Source: a virus. From it: a stretch of 64,000 nt of DNA. Position numbers and translations under genes: made by a program. The notes under the pieces are model-generated. The model had not been told where the DNA came from and did not search any database. It saw only the letters and a list, made by a program, of their open reading frames with translations. The stretch spans positions 1 through 64,000 of the IMG/VR virus record IMGVR_UViG_3300006147_000378; one strand, given 5' to 3'. Positions 16,794 through 26,559 of the stretch are shown piece after piece; the stretch's first letter is position 1, and each line of letters begins with the position of its first letter.

Positions 16794-17498
16794 TTGACCG
16801 CCGAGGACAAAGGTGACTCCAAGGAAGACGAGAGCTTCAGCATTCCTACGTCCGACGGTAAGACCGTTCGTGTGAACCTTGAGTTCTCCTATCGGTTTGA
16901 TGAGGCCCGTGTTGCCGAGACGTTTGTTACCTTTAAGGGTAAGTCCGGCGAGACCATCAAGGACACCTTCATCAAGCCCAAGGTCATCGCTTGGACGCAG
17001 GAGGTTTCTGCCAACTACCCCGTTACGGACATCTTCGGTGATAAGCGTACCGTTATCAACGCTGAGCTGGACACCTATCTGCGTCAGAAGTTTGATGTGT
17101 ACGGTATTATCATCGATACCGTGAACTTCACTGACATCTCCGTTGATGCAGAAACTGCTGCGGCTATTCAGAAGAAGGTTACTGCTCAGCAGGAGCTTGA
17201 GCTTGCCAACATTGAGGCGCAGACCGCCAAGGTGCAGGCCGAGAAAGACCGTGAGGTCGCTCTTATCCAGGCTCAGAAGGACAAGGAGGCCGCCGAAATT
17301 CAGGCGCAGACTGATATCATCGAGGCCGAGGCCGAGGCTGAGGTCGTTCGTATCGCTGCCGAGGCTGAGGCTACTGCCAACCGGCAGATTGCAGCATCTC
17401 TGACGCCTGAGCTGATTGAGAAAATCAAGTATGAGCAGTGGGACGGCAAGATGCCCACTGTCTCCGGCGGCGCAACGCCCATCATCGGAATCAACTAA
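16794..17498 (+). CDS. SPFH/band-7 (prohibitin/stomatin) domain protein, apparently lacking N-terminal TM/first strands (possible truncation or frameshift)
   Basis: C-terminal SPFH core and Ala/Glu/Gln-rich coiled coil; only TTG start; upstream in-frame stop at 16722. Confidence 0.5.
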   Translation: MTAEDKGDSKEDESFSIPTSDGKTVRVNLEFSYRFDEARVAETFVTFKGKSGETIKDTFIKPKVIAWTQEVSANYPVTDIFGDKRTVINAELDTYLRQKFDVYGIIIDTVNFTDISVDAETAAAIQKKVTAQQELELANIEAQTAKVQAEKDREVALIQAQKDKEAAEIQAQTDIIEAEAEAEVVRIAAEAEATANRQIAASLTPELIEKIKYEQWDGKMPTVSGGATPIIGIN

Positions 17499-17650
17499 AT
17501 ATCGCAGTTCTGGCAGACACCATATCTAAACGCTTGCCTGCGTCGCATTAGTCTGCTGGAGAAGAATAGCGGCCACTCCAATTATGATTGTTTCCTCATG
17601 GTTGGTGTTGGCCGCTCTTTTTATATCGCGCACGAGAAGGGCTGGTGCTC

Positions 17651-17941
17651 ATGAGTTTTGAAGTGAGCAATTTTTTGCAGAGGTTCCATTCGGATAACAA
17701 TGTTGATGTGGTTTTCACTTGTGGGTGCTGTTACTGGTTTGCGCTTATCCTTTACCTCCGGTTCCAGGGCAGGAGCAGAATAATGTATGACCAAGTTGAG
17801 AACCACTTCGTTACAGAGATTGATGGTCGAATATACGACATCACCGGTGATGTGACGGGCAAGTATCAGGTGGAGCCGTGGGATGAGCTCGACGACAGTT
17901 CTCTAAAAAGACGAATTGTCAGAGACTGTATCATGTTTTGA
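17651..17941 (+). CDS. hypothetical protein
   Basis: ORF. Confidence 0.4.
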   Translation: MSFEVSNFLQRFHSDNNVDVVFTCGCCYWFALILYLRFQGRSRIMYDQVENHFVTEIDGRIYDITGDVTGKYQVEPWDELDDSSLKRRIVRDCIMF

Positions 17942-18104
17942 GGTGTGTTATGAAAAAACCGGATGACTGCAAGTACAACAGTATGATTGAATGCCAGCCT
18001 GGAAGTCGGGATTGTTCTCGATGCGGCTGGAACCCAGCCGTCAGGGAACTGCGGCTCAAACAGGCTTTGCAGACGCAGAGCTATAAAAGGGAGGCACAAG
18101 CAAA

Positions 18105-19187
18105 ATGCGCCAGTTAGCAAGTATCAGGAAGATTTCTGATATCCGCCCCATCCCCGGCGCCGACCGCATTGTGGTTGCGCAGGTTGATGGATGGGAGTGT
18201 GTTGTTCAAAAGGACGAGTTCCATGTGGGCGACACCATCGTCTATGTCGAGGTGGACTCTATTGTCCCAGAGCGCCCAGAGTTCGAGTTCCTGCGTGACC
18301 GTAAGTTCCGTGTGCGCACCATCAAGCTGCGTGGGCAGGTCAGTCAGGGCCTGGTTTTGCCGATGTCTATCCTGCCGGATGGCATCTATCCGCTTGGCAG
18401 CGATGTGACGAAGGTTCTCGGAATTGAGAAGTATGACCCCGAAGCACAGCAGGAGGCCATGCTTACCCAGAAGCAGCCGAACAAGCCCAAGAGCAAGTTT
18501 GCCCAGTTCATGATGCGGTTCAAGTGGTATCGCAAGCTGTTCATGAAGTCGAAGCGCAAGGGCGGGTTCCCAGAGTGGATTGTCAAGACGGACGAGACCC
18601 GTATCCAGAACCTGACCACCCTCTTTGATATTGAGCGGAGGAACGGCACCAAGTTCTCCGTCACTGAGAAGGTGGACGGTCAGTCTGCGACCTACTATCT
18701 CAGAAAGGTCTCCCGGCGCAAGTATGAGTTCGGGGTTTGCAGTCGAAACATTCACCTGGGTACTCCTGACAACAGCTCCTATTGGACTGTGGCAAAGAAG
18801 TACGACATCGAGAACGTGCTGAAGAAGCTCATCGGTGATTATGAAACTATCGTTTTACAAGGTGAAATCTGTGGTAACCAGATTCAGGGGAACAAGTATC
18901 ACATCAGTGGTTATGAGCTTTTCGCCTTCAACCTGATTTACCCAGGGCACAAGTGCGGCACTGCCGAAATCAAAGACCTGCTCTCCCCGTTTGGAATCAA
19001 AACGGTTCCAATCCTTGAGGAAGGCAAGGTTTTACCGGACACTATCGCAGATTTGGTAGAGTATTCCAAAGGTAAATCGATAGTTCGGAAAGAACAGAAG
19101 CGGGAGGGTGTTGTGATGCGCAACGTTCAGAAGAACATCAGCTTCAAGGTCATCAACCCAGACTTCCTGCTCGCAGAAAAGGACTGA
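18105..19187 (+). CDS. ATP-dependent RNA ligase-family nucleotidyltransferase (motif I KVDGQS) with N-terminal OB-like domain
   Basis: KVDG motif I; family assignment RNA vs DNA ligase is inference from context. Confidence 0.6.
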   Translation: MRQLASIRKISDIRPIPGADRIVVAQVDGWECVVQKDEFHVGDTIVYVEVDSIVPERPEFEFLRDRKFRVRTIKLRGQVSQGLVLPMSILPDGIYPLGSDVTKVLGIEKYDPEAQQEAMLTQKQPNKPKSKFAQFMMRFKWYRKLFMKSKRKGGFPEWIVKTDETRIQNLTTLFDIERRNGTKFSVTEKVDGQSATYYLRKVSRRKYEFGVCSRNIHLGTPDNSSYWTVAKKYDIENVLKKLIGDYETIVLQGEICGNQIQGNKYHISGYELFAFNLIYPGHKCGTAEIKDLLSPFGIKTVPILEEGKVLPDTIADLVEYSKGKSIVRKEQKREGVVMRNVQKNISFKVINPDFLLAEKD

Positions 19188-19192
19188 TACAT

Positions 19193-19660
19193 ATGCCGAG
19201 ACCCATCAACAACTTGGTCGGTTGGCGTTTTGGTCGGCTGACCATCATTGACCGGGTTGAGAACCCGGAGAACAGACAATCCAAATGGCTGTGCCGCTGT
19301 GACTGCGGTAACACCTGCGAAGTGTTCGGAACCAACCTGAAATCCGGCAGCAAGGTTTCCTGCGGAAAATGTGAAAAGGAAGATATGAACAAGGAGCAGA
19401 TGCGGCAGACTTCGGTTAGCCTTGACCGACTCAGGAAGGACGCCGCAGACCCATATCAGAACCTTGCCAATGCAATCGTGGCCGTTGCCGCAGATGACTA
19501 CCGCTTGGCTATGCGGGAAAGCAACGGTCAGCTCATGGATAGCTTGGAAAAGTTTTTCCATTCTGGCTGGTATAAGACGCTGACCAGTTTGAACCCGGAT
19601 ACTCTGCTGGCTAATTTGCGGAGAGAACACAACGGCTGTTTGGAAGCCGTGTATACCTAA
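19193..19660 (+). CDS. hypothetical protein (N-terminal GWRFGRLTI motif, Cys cluster)
   Basis: ORF. Confidence 0.45.
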   Translation: MPRPINNLVGWRFGRLTIIDRVENPENRQSKWLCRCDCGNTCEVFGTNLKSGSKVSCGKCEKEDMNKEQMRQTSVSLDRLRKDAADPYQNLANAIVAVAADDYRLAMRESNGQLMDSLEKFFHSGWYKTLTSLNPDTLLANLRREHNGCLEAVYT

Positions 19661-19692
19661 TTCACAATTCAACATCACAAGGAGGGTTCATT

Positions 19693-20328
19693 ATGAATCT
19701 GAAAGAGTCGTTCCGCTATCAGAATTTCCTGGAGGGAATGATGTCGGAGGCGGGTAGCAATCTCGCCAGCCGCGAGCATTGCCTGACCACCATCAAACGG
19801 CACCTGCGCAGCAAGGCAAACCCGGATGCACAGGACATTCAGGAGGATGTGGATGTCGGTGAGTTCCATAAAAACGATGATGTCCTGAACTTTATGCTCC
19901 TGTTGGTCGATGAGCGTGACAAGCTGACAAATGCAATCGGCAGGGCTAAGGCGTCTATTGGGTTCGATATCGACGCCGCCGTGGAGACCAACAAGTTCCG
20001 CCAGACGTTGGCGAGCCGCGCAAAGATGATGCTTCGCTTTACCCCGTCCAAGCGAACTGAGCAGGGCCGTGACTACAAGTTCAATGTCGAGGGGAATCAG
20101 ACCCAGTATTTCTATGACATTGAGGTTGAGACCACTGATGCGTTTGACCGTGACCAGGCCAAGGATGTGGTTCGTGAGATTATGTCCAAGGCCGATAAAG
20201 TGTCTGCGGAGATTGACGCCGCCCTCATCAACACGCAGGTTGAGTATGAGCCTCCCTTCAATGTGAACGATTCTTTCGACGATGTGATGGAAGAGTTCCT
20301 TGCGGCGAGGGAGAAATCCTCTACCTAA
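19693..20328 (+). CDS. hypothetical protein
   Basis: ORF with RBS AAGGAGGG. Confidence 0.5.
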   Translation: MNLKESFRYQNFLEGMMSEAGSNLASREHCLTTIKRHLRSKANPDAQDIQEDVDVGEFHKNDDVLNFMLLLVDERDKLTNAIGRAKASIGFDIDAAVETNKFRQTLASRAKMMLRFTPSKRTEQGRDYKFNVEGNQTQYFYDIEVETTDAFDRDQAKDVVREIMSKADKVSAEIDAALINTQVEYEPPFNVNDSFDDVMEEFLAAREKSST

Positions 20329-20349
20329 TATAAAAGAAGGAGAATACAT

Positions 20350-20631
20350 ATGGCATTCGGAAAAAAGACCACCAGCACCACCAATGCGGACATCCTTGAC
20401 CAGAAGCGCAATAAGCTGAACTCCTACAACCAGCAGTTCGAGCGTGCGGTCTCCCTCATCACGGACACCATCGACAACCTGGGCTTCATCAGCCAGGGCA
20501 TCGACCAGACCATGAAGGAGATTGACGAGTACGAGAAGGAGCTGGCCACGACCAGGGAGGGGCTGGAGGCCGCCAAGGCCAAGAATGACCGGGTCATTGC
20601 CAATTTCCAGTCACTCTTGGCAGTGAACTAA
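20350..20631 (+). CDS. small coiled-coil hypothetical protein
   Basis: ORF. Confidence 0.45.
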   Translation: MAFGKKTTSTTNADILDQKRNKLNSYNQQFERAVSLITDTIDNLGFISQGIDQTMKEIDEYEKELATTREGLEAAKAKNDRVIANFQSLLAVN

Positions 20632-21139
20632 CCACAGCGCAGGGGTCTTTCGGCTCCCTGCTTCAGGCAGAAACGAGCTAAAGTAGTTTTGTGTTGACGC
20701 TGGACAGGGCGAATCTGTCACCGACAGAGATGCCGGTTTTTCACTTTGAGATATCGTCCTCCTGGATGCGTTAGTCTTCCTGGTGGTCGTTATGATAGAA
20801 GAAACAACATCAAATCCATTCCACCATTTGGGATGAGTAAGGGCGAAAATCGCTTCCAGAACCATAAGTTCAGCATACACACTACATTACTAACACCAGA
20901 TGCTAACCATATCACTACACTGTGCGGCACATCAGTAAAGACAACACGACATCACACGCCGCCATTTGGCCTTAACAGGCACCATTCTGGTTCAGTGGGG
21001 AGATTCCCCATTGATATTTGTAATGCAAGTATGCTTACTTAGCAAAAGAAATTTAACCCTATCGACATAAAAGTATTGCGGTGAGTTTCTGCTTGAAGCA
21101 GAGAGCTGAAACAATCTTCAAAGTATTGGAGGTAAAACC

Positions 21140-21688
21140 ATGGTCGTAGACAACAATGCTGTTGGTGATTATATCATCAAAGAAATTACGGCGAAGGAAG
21201 GCAGCTTACATCAACTCCATCATGACGCTATGGGGACTGAGTGCTTCATTGTGGACTTAGAGAAAGGTCAGCGGTCTTTATTGAGATACAAACCGGAGTA
21301 CGACAACCGCTATCATCGGCTCCACACTTCAACGGTTTTGGGTATCAAGACCAGCGGCGGCGAGAACGATGTGGTTATTGAAACCTTGAATACCGTGTAC
21401 CACCTGATACGCAACAACTTTGACGACACCTTCTCTGGCATCAATTCCTATACATACGAGGTCGCTAAGGAGACTGTCACCGGCTATCTCAATGAGCAGG
21501 ACGATTCCTATTTTGAGAAGTATGGCATCACAAAGGAAGCTGCATTGGAAAACGATGACCTGATTTCCCAATGTGCGTTCCTACATCACAGTTTAATCAA
21601 GGAAGCGGGGCTTGACTATGCGTGGGCTTGCGACTTTGCTTGCTCACATGGCCTGTCAAATACCATGGCTTTTGCCCAAGCAGATTAA
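21140..21688 (+). CDS. hypothetical protein
   Basis: ORF with RBS GGAGG. Confidence 0.5.
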   Translation: MVVDNNAVGDYIIKEITAKEGSLHQLHHDAMGTECFIVDLEKGQRSLLRYKPEYDNRYHRLHTSTVLGIKTSGGENDVVIETLNTVYHLIRNNFDDTFSGINSYTYEVAKETVTGYLNEQDDSYFEKYGITKEAALENDDLISQCAFLHHSLIKEAGLDYAWACDFACSHGLSNTMAFAQAD

Positions 21689-21698
21689 GGAGGGCGTT

Positions 21699-22445
21699 AT
21701 GAGTAACAAGAAGGATTCTCTCGGCGACCGCATGAAGAGGTATGAGGGTGTGTCGCGCAACTTCCTTGCCCGCAGAGTGCCAGTCATTATCCGGCTCGAT
21801 GGAAAGGCATTCCACACTTTCACAAAGGGTATGAGGAAACCGTTTGACCGCATCCTGATGAACGCCATGCAGGACACAATGCAGTATCTTTGCAAGAATA
21901 TCCAGGGCTGTGTGTTTGGATACACACAATCTGATGAGATTACCCTGGTTCTTATCGACTACACCACTATTAAGACAGACGCATGGTTCGGCTACAATGT
22001 CCAGAAGATGACCAGTATTGCCGCATCAATGGCTACACTCGCATTCAACTCCTGTTTTATCGACGGTGCCAATGCAGCACTCCAGTATAGGGCTTTCTCC
22101 ATCCCGGAGGATGAAGTTTGCAACTGCTTGATTTGGCGTCAACAGGATGCCACAAGAAACAGTATTGAGGCTGTTGGTCAGGCGAACTTCAGCCACAAAG
22201 AATTGCAGGGGAAAAGCTGCAACGATATCCAGGAAATGCTGTGGAGTAAGCGCAGCATCAACTGGAATGACTTCCCTGTGGATTGCAAGCGTGGTGCGTG
22301 CTGCTATCGGAAGTGTAGTGAGGTTCAGATGCAAGACCCACGGGATACCAGTAAAACTATCACGGTCGCTCGGCGTGGTTGGGTCATTGACAGGGAACCT
22401 CCTATCTTTACACAAGATAGAAACTACATTGAGGGGTGGCTGTAA
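21699..22445 (+). CDS. tRNA-His guanylyltransferase (Thg1)-like 3'-5' RNA polymerase
   Basis: VIIRLDGKAFHTF, YTQSDEITLV, IWRQQD blocks match the Thg1 family. Confidence 0.8.
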   Translation: MSNKKDSLGDRMKRYEGVSRNFLARRVPVIIRLDGKAFHTFTKGMRKPFDRILMNAMQDTMQYLCKNIQGCVFGYTQSDEITLVLIDYTTIKTDAWFGYNVQKMTSIAASMATLAFNSCFIDGANAALQYRAFSIPEDEVCNCLIWRQQDATRNSIEAVGQANFSHKELQGKSCNDIQEMLWSKRSINWNDFPVDCKRGACCYRKCSEVQMQDPRDTSKTITVARRGWVIDREPPIFTQDRNYIEGWL

Positions 22446-22993
22446 TGCAGTTTTACATTTCTGATTGGCACTATGGCCATAAGAACTGCTTGGCGTTTGA
22501 CAACCGACCATTCACATCTATTGAGCAGATGAATCAAGCGTTGATTGAGCGCTGGAACAGCGTGGTTAAACCGGGTGACACAGTGTATGTGCTTGGCGAT
22601 ATGTTCTGGTGTAACGCCGATGTGGCAATCCAAGTTCTGGACTCGCTGGCGGGTCAGATTTTTCTGGTTAAAGGGAACCACGACCGCTGCCATACCAAGA
22701 AGCTCACGGATAAGTTCGTAAAAGTTGCGGACTACATGGAGATTGAGGATGCGGGACGCAACGTAGTTCTTTGCCACTATCCAATCCCCTGTTTCAAGAA
22801 TCACTTCTATGGTTGGTATCACCTGTACGGCCACGTCCACAACTCGTTTGAGTTCAACATGATGGAACATGACAAGTTTCTGATGTCGGAACTCTATACA
22901 CGGCCATGTCAGATGTTCAATGTTGGTGCCATGATGCCCTGGATGGACTACACTCCGAGAACGCTTGATGAGATTATCGCCGCGTGTAAATAA
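22445..22993 (+). CDS. calcineurin-like metallophosphoesterase (possible RNA 2',3'-phosphatase of the repair set)
   Basis: DWHYGH, GDMF, GNHD motifs; start overlaps Thg1 stop. Confidence 0.7.
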   Translation: MQFYISDWHYGHKNCLAFDNRPFTSIEQMNQALIERWNSVVKPGDTVYVLGDMFWCNADVAIQVLDSLAGQIFLVKGNHDRCHTKKLTDKFVKVADYMEIEDAGRNVVLCHYPIPCFKNHFYGWYHLYGHVHNSFEFNMMEHDKFLMSELYTRPCQMFNVGAMMPWMDYTPRTLDEIIAACK

Positions 22994-23104
22994 AACTTGT
23001 TGACAAAAATGGGAAGGCTGAAGGCGTTGTAGCACAAGACATCAAGCCCCATTTGATGCCAGCCTTTATTGCTCTACTATTACAAAACAAGGACGGTGAC
23101 ACCG

Positions 23105-24268
23105 ATGATATATCTTGATAATGCCGCAACCACAAGGATTGCGCCGGAGGTGCTTGAGGCGATGATGCCATATCTCACCACTGAGTATGGGAACGCAGGC
23201 ACTCTATACAGTTTTGGCCGTTCTGCCGCCGATGCTATACAGAAAGCTCGGGCGCAGGTGGCAACGCTATTTGGCTGTACGCCAGACCATGTGATTTTTA
23301 CATCTGGCGGCAGCGAGGGTAACAATACAGTTTTTAAGGGGCTTCGGCACAAGTTCGCAGAGCAAGGCAAGAAGCACCTGATTGTTTCAGCGATTGAACA
23401 CGATTCCGTCTTGCGGGCCGCAGAAAGCCTGACCAAAGACGGATTTTATATTACATATATCAAGCCCGGTTCTGACGGACGCATCTCCCCTAAAGCGGTG
23501 GAAGCAGCGATTCACGAGGATACCGGGCTTGTTTCTGTTATGTTCGTCAACAACGAGATTGGTGCCGTCAACGACATCAACGAGATAGGCCGTATTTGCA
23601 GGCAGCATGAGGTCATGTTTCACACTGACTGTGTGCAGGCGGCTGGTCAGTACGAGTTGTCAGTCCATAAGAACGACGCTGATTTTGCGACCGTATCCTC
23701 CCACAAGATTCATGGCCCTAAAGGGGTCGGTGCTTTGTATGTGAGAGAAAAGGATTTCCTTCCGCTGGTCTGTGGCGGAGCGGAGCAAGAGTTTGGTCTG
23801 CGTGGCGGTACAGAGAATGTGCCTGGGATTGTAGGCTTCGGTGCAGCAGCAAGTATCGCCGTAGAGAGAATGCGCGATGACCTAATTAGTGTATCCACGT
23901 TGAAACAGCACTTCTATATGGCGCTGTTAGACGCATTTAGGCATCTTGACCTTCCAACGGACTGCATTCGTGTAAACGGGCACCCAGTTATTGAGCCGGG
24001 CAAGACATTGAATTTGCGGTTTGACAGCGTAGATGCACAAACACTCTTGCTTATGCTGGATGCGAATGGTGTCTGTGTTTCCGCTGGGTCTGCTTGCCGC
24101 AGCCATGAAGCCGAGCCGAGCCATGTGCTGACAGCTATGGGACTAACTCCAAATGAAGCGAGGAGTTCTGTTCGGGTTTCCTTCTCAAAGTACAATACAA
24201 CTGATGAGGTGGTGTGTGCTGCACAGAGTTTTGCCTCGTGCGTTGCCACTGCCTTGGAACTCATATAA
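23105..24268 (+). CDS. cysteine desulfurase (NifS/IscS family, PLP-dependent)
   Basis: IYLDNAATT start, SSHKIHGPKG PLP-lysine region. Confidence 0.8.
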   Translation: MIYLDNAATTRIAPEVLEAMMPYLTTEYGNAGTLYSFGRSAADAIQKARAQVATLFGCTPDHVIFTSGGSEGNNTVFKGLRHKFAEQGKKHLIVSAIEHDSVLRAAESLTKDGFYITYIKPGSDGRISPKAVEAAIHEDTGLVSVMFVNNEIGAVNDINEIGRICRQHEVMFHTDCVQAAGQYELSVHKNDADFATVSSHKIHGPKGVGALYVREKDFLPLVCGGAEQEFGLRGGTENVPGIVGFGAAASIAVERMRDDLISVSTLKQHFYMALLDAFRHLDLPTDCIRVNGHPVIEPGKTLNLRFDSVDAQTLLLMLDANGVCVSAGSACRSHEAEPSHVLTAMGLTPNEARSSVRVSFSKYNTTDEVVCAAQSFASCVATALELI

Positions 24269-24311
24269 GGAGTAAGCACCTATACATACAATTTGAAAGG
24301 TGTGATTCCGT

Positions 24312-24758
24312 ATGAACAACCCAATGCCCAGGATGTACACATACGCAATGGCGATTGCTACACTTGCAATCGAACACGGCGATGAAGCCGATAAGCTCCT
24401 AAACGAAAAGTTTGAAGCACTCAAAAGAGTGTACGGAGCTGTGGAGCGTTACGCGAAAGATGGTTTCATGGAACGGCTTGTTGACACGATTATGGAGAAG
24501 AAGGCCAAGATGATTCTTGGCGCCACATCTGTCAAAGATGTGCGAGAGATTGCCAGTTTGCCGAAGCCACAGTATGACGGGAACGAGTGGTATGCCTCCG
24601 CAAATTCCGTCCCAGAGGAGGAAATGGTGTTGTGGTCAATGACATCTCTGCGAGCACCGCTGGCATACGAAGCCGTGAAACGATACGAAGAGCTGTTTGA
24701 ACAGTTCTATGGCGTAAGCGTGGACGAGATAATGAGTGGAGGTCTGCACAATGATTGA
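24312..24758 (+). CDS. hypothetical protein
   Basis: ORF. Confidence 0.45.
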   Translation: MNNPMPRMYTYAMAIATLAIEHGDEADKLLNEKFEALKRVYGAVERYAKDGFMERLVDTIMEKKAKMILGATSVKDVREIASLPKPQYDGNEWYASANSVPEEEMVLWSMTSLRAPLAYEAVKRYEELFEQFYGVSVDEIMSGGLHND

Positions 24759-25296
24759 TGTTGGAGGCTCGCAGCTTTTTGCCTGCGATGAATGCCCGAT
24801 TATTTGCCAGCTCGACTATCGGCTCAGACTTGCCGAAGAATATCCAGAGTACGGCGATTTCCAATTTGACCATTGCGGGTGTGACAAGGTGTATGACGAG
24901 TTCTGGCAGTATGGATACTGCGAGGATGCCTGGGTTGACCTGCCAAAGCAGCCAAAGAAGGGTAAACGCAAGACTGGTCGTGCGTATCGGCGCCAGATGA
25001 GGGTTCAAAGGCTCAACCGGCAAATGAACATTGCGCATCATGGTGGCGGCAATACGATGTTCATGGGCTTTGGTTTGGATAAGCGAGGTCTGCCAGCAAG
25101 TAATGTCTTGGGATTATGGATGCTCGGGATTAACGATGATGATGTGCCAAGAGTTTATGTCAAAAGGCCAAAGTCATCGAAAAGCAGAAGGTTCTATAAA
25201 AACCACTCAAATCGAATCCTCAGACGGAGGTGCATCGTACTCCCAAAAGGGAATCAGCATCATAAGTATTTTGAATATTGGTGGACACTTCTTTGA
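24751..25296 (+). CDS. hypothetical Cys-rich protein (C-terminal extent uncertain)
   Basis: RBS GGAGG before ATG; overlaps next gene. Confidence 0.3.
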   Translation: MIDVGGSQLFACDECPIICQLDYRLRLAEEYPEYGDFQFDHCGCDKVYDEFWQYGYCEDAWVDLPKQPKKGKRKTGRAYRRQMRVQRLNRQMNIAHHGGGNTMFMGFGLDKRGLPASNVLGLWMLGINDDDVPRVYVKRPKSSKSRRFYKNHSNRILRRRCIVLPKGNQHHKYFEYWWTLL

Positions 25297-25802
25297 GGAT
25301 TGAGCTATTTGACGCCTATGGCGTCCTACATATCGGTCAGTCCGAGTTCTTGTTCGATGTTGAAGACCTTGCTTTGATAGAGGGCCGCAGTTGGTATCAG
25401 GACAAGGATGGTTACTTGGTGAGCAGTTACTTCTTCAACGGCAGACGACGGTTCGTCCGCTTCCACAGGATTGTGATACAAGCCAAGGAAGGTCAGTTTG
25501 TAGACCACATCAACAAGAACCGGGCCGACAACAGAAAACAAAATTTGCGATGCTGCAACCGGGCTGAGAATGACAGAAACCGTAGGCCGTATTCAACTAA
25601 CACGTCTGGAGTGTCCGGCGTATATTTCGACAAGCAGCGTGGTCGGTGGACTGCGAGCATCTCATATAACAAAAAGCGGCTGTTCATTGGGAGATTCGCT
25701 AACAAGGAAGACGCTATTCGAGCCAGACTTGAAAAAGAGGTCGAGCTGTTCAAAGAGTTTGCCCCACAGCGGGCGTTAATGGAGGAATTAGCTTATGGAT
25801 AG
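25278..25802 (+). CDS. HNH homing endonuclease with AP2 DNA-binding domain
   Basis: HINKNRADNRKQNLR HNH motif; AP2-like SGVSGVYFDKQRGRWTASI. Confidence 0.7.
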   Translation: MVDTSLRIELFDAYGVLHIGQSEFLFDVEDLALIEGRSWYQDKDGYLVSSYFFNGRRRFVRFHRIVIQAKEGQFVDHINKNRADNRKQNLRCCNRAENDRNRRPYSTNTSGVSGVYFDKQRGRWTASISYNKKRLFIGRFANKEDAIRARLEKEVELFKEFAPQRALMEELAYG

Positions 25803-26217
25803 GGCAATCAAGACATTCAAAGGGAACAATTTCTTTCTGAGCAACTTTTATGTTGCTCCTGTCGTTTATCAAGGAATCAGGTTTGAGAACAATGAAGCGG
25901 CATTCCAGGCCGCAAAGTGTCCAGAGCGTATGCGTGATTTCTGTGGCCTGAATCCGCAAGCCGCAAAGCGCCTTGGGCGCCGTGTTGAACTGCGACCAGA
26001 CTGGGAGTCCGTCAAGTATGACGTAATGTACCAGGTCTGTAAAGCCAAGTTTACACAGAACCCAAACCTACTCGAAAGACTCCTTGCCACAGGCGATGCG
26101 GAGCTTGTAGAAGGCAACACCTGGGGTGACCAAGTATGGGGTGTCTGCAAGGGTGTCGGCGAGAATCATCTCGGCAAAACCCTGATGCGTATCAGGGCCG
26201 AGCTGGGAAATGGGTGA
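25795..26217 (+). CDS. NADAR (YbiA-like) domain protein, candidate ADP-ribose N-glycosidase
   Basis: FFLSNFY...EAAFQAAK...WGDQVWG NADAR signature. Confidence 0.7.
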   Translation: MDRAIKTFKGNNFFLSNFYVAPVVYQGIRFENNEAAFQAAKCPERMRDFCGLNPQAAKRLGRRVELRPDWESVKYDVMYQVCKAKFTQNPNLLERLLATGDAELVEGNTWGDQVWGVCKGVGENHLGKTLMRIRAELGNG

Positions 26218-26422
26218 AATCATGCGGAATGTGGGCTTAAAAGCAGCCATCATCTAAGGAGTGGGGCGAAGCACCCTTGTTTGAGTTGCGTTATTGCCAG
26301 CGCAAACCTATATGGACAAGGGATGGCAATGTGGATAGTAGGGAGGCACCCCGTAACTGGTAAGGCCAGCCCTCCCCTTTGGCGTAAAAGCACACCGCAA
26401 AATAGAGGAGTAAAGGATATCA

Positions 26423-26557
26423 TGTGGTTATATATGAAGTTTGCACATTCAAAATATGCGTGGATTTACAAGAGCGCAACCGTGGTAAATGATGGATACT
26501 GCTTGCAATATAAGGTGTTCGGAATCACAGTTGCAAAAGCATACATGAATGGTTAAT
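26423..26557 (+). CDS. small hypothetical protein (44 aa)
   Basis: RBS AGGAGTAAAGGA before ATG. Confidence 0.25.
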
Positions 26558-26559
26558 AC

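Noticed and set aside
19675-20349. 224-aa minus-strand ORF versus 211-aa plus-strand ORF
   Set aside because: Plus-strand version has RBS AAGGAGGG and fits operon direction; minus version treated as shadow
25031-25303. Alternative-frame 90-aa ORF between 24751 gene and HNH gene
   Set aside because: No RBS and low-complexity translation; extent of the 24751 gene itself is uncertain
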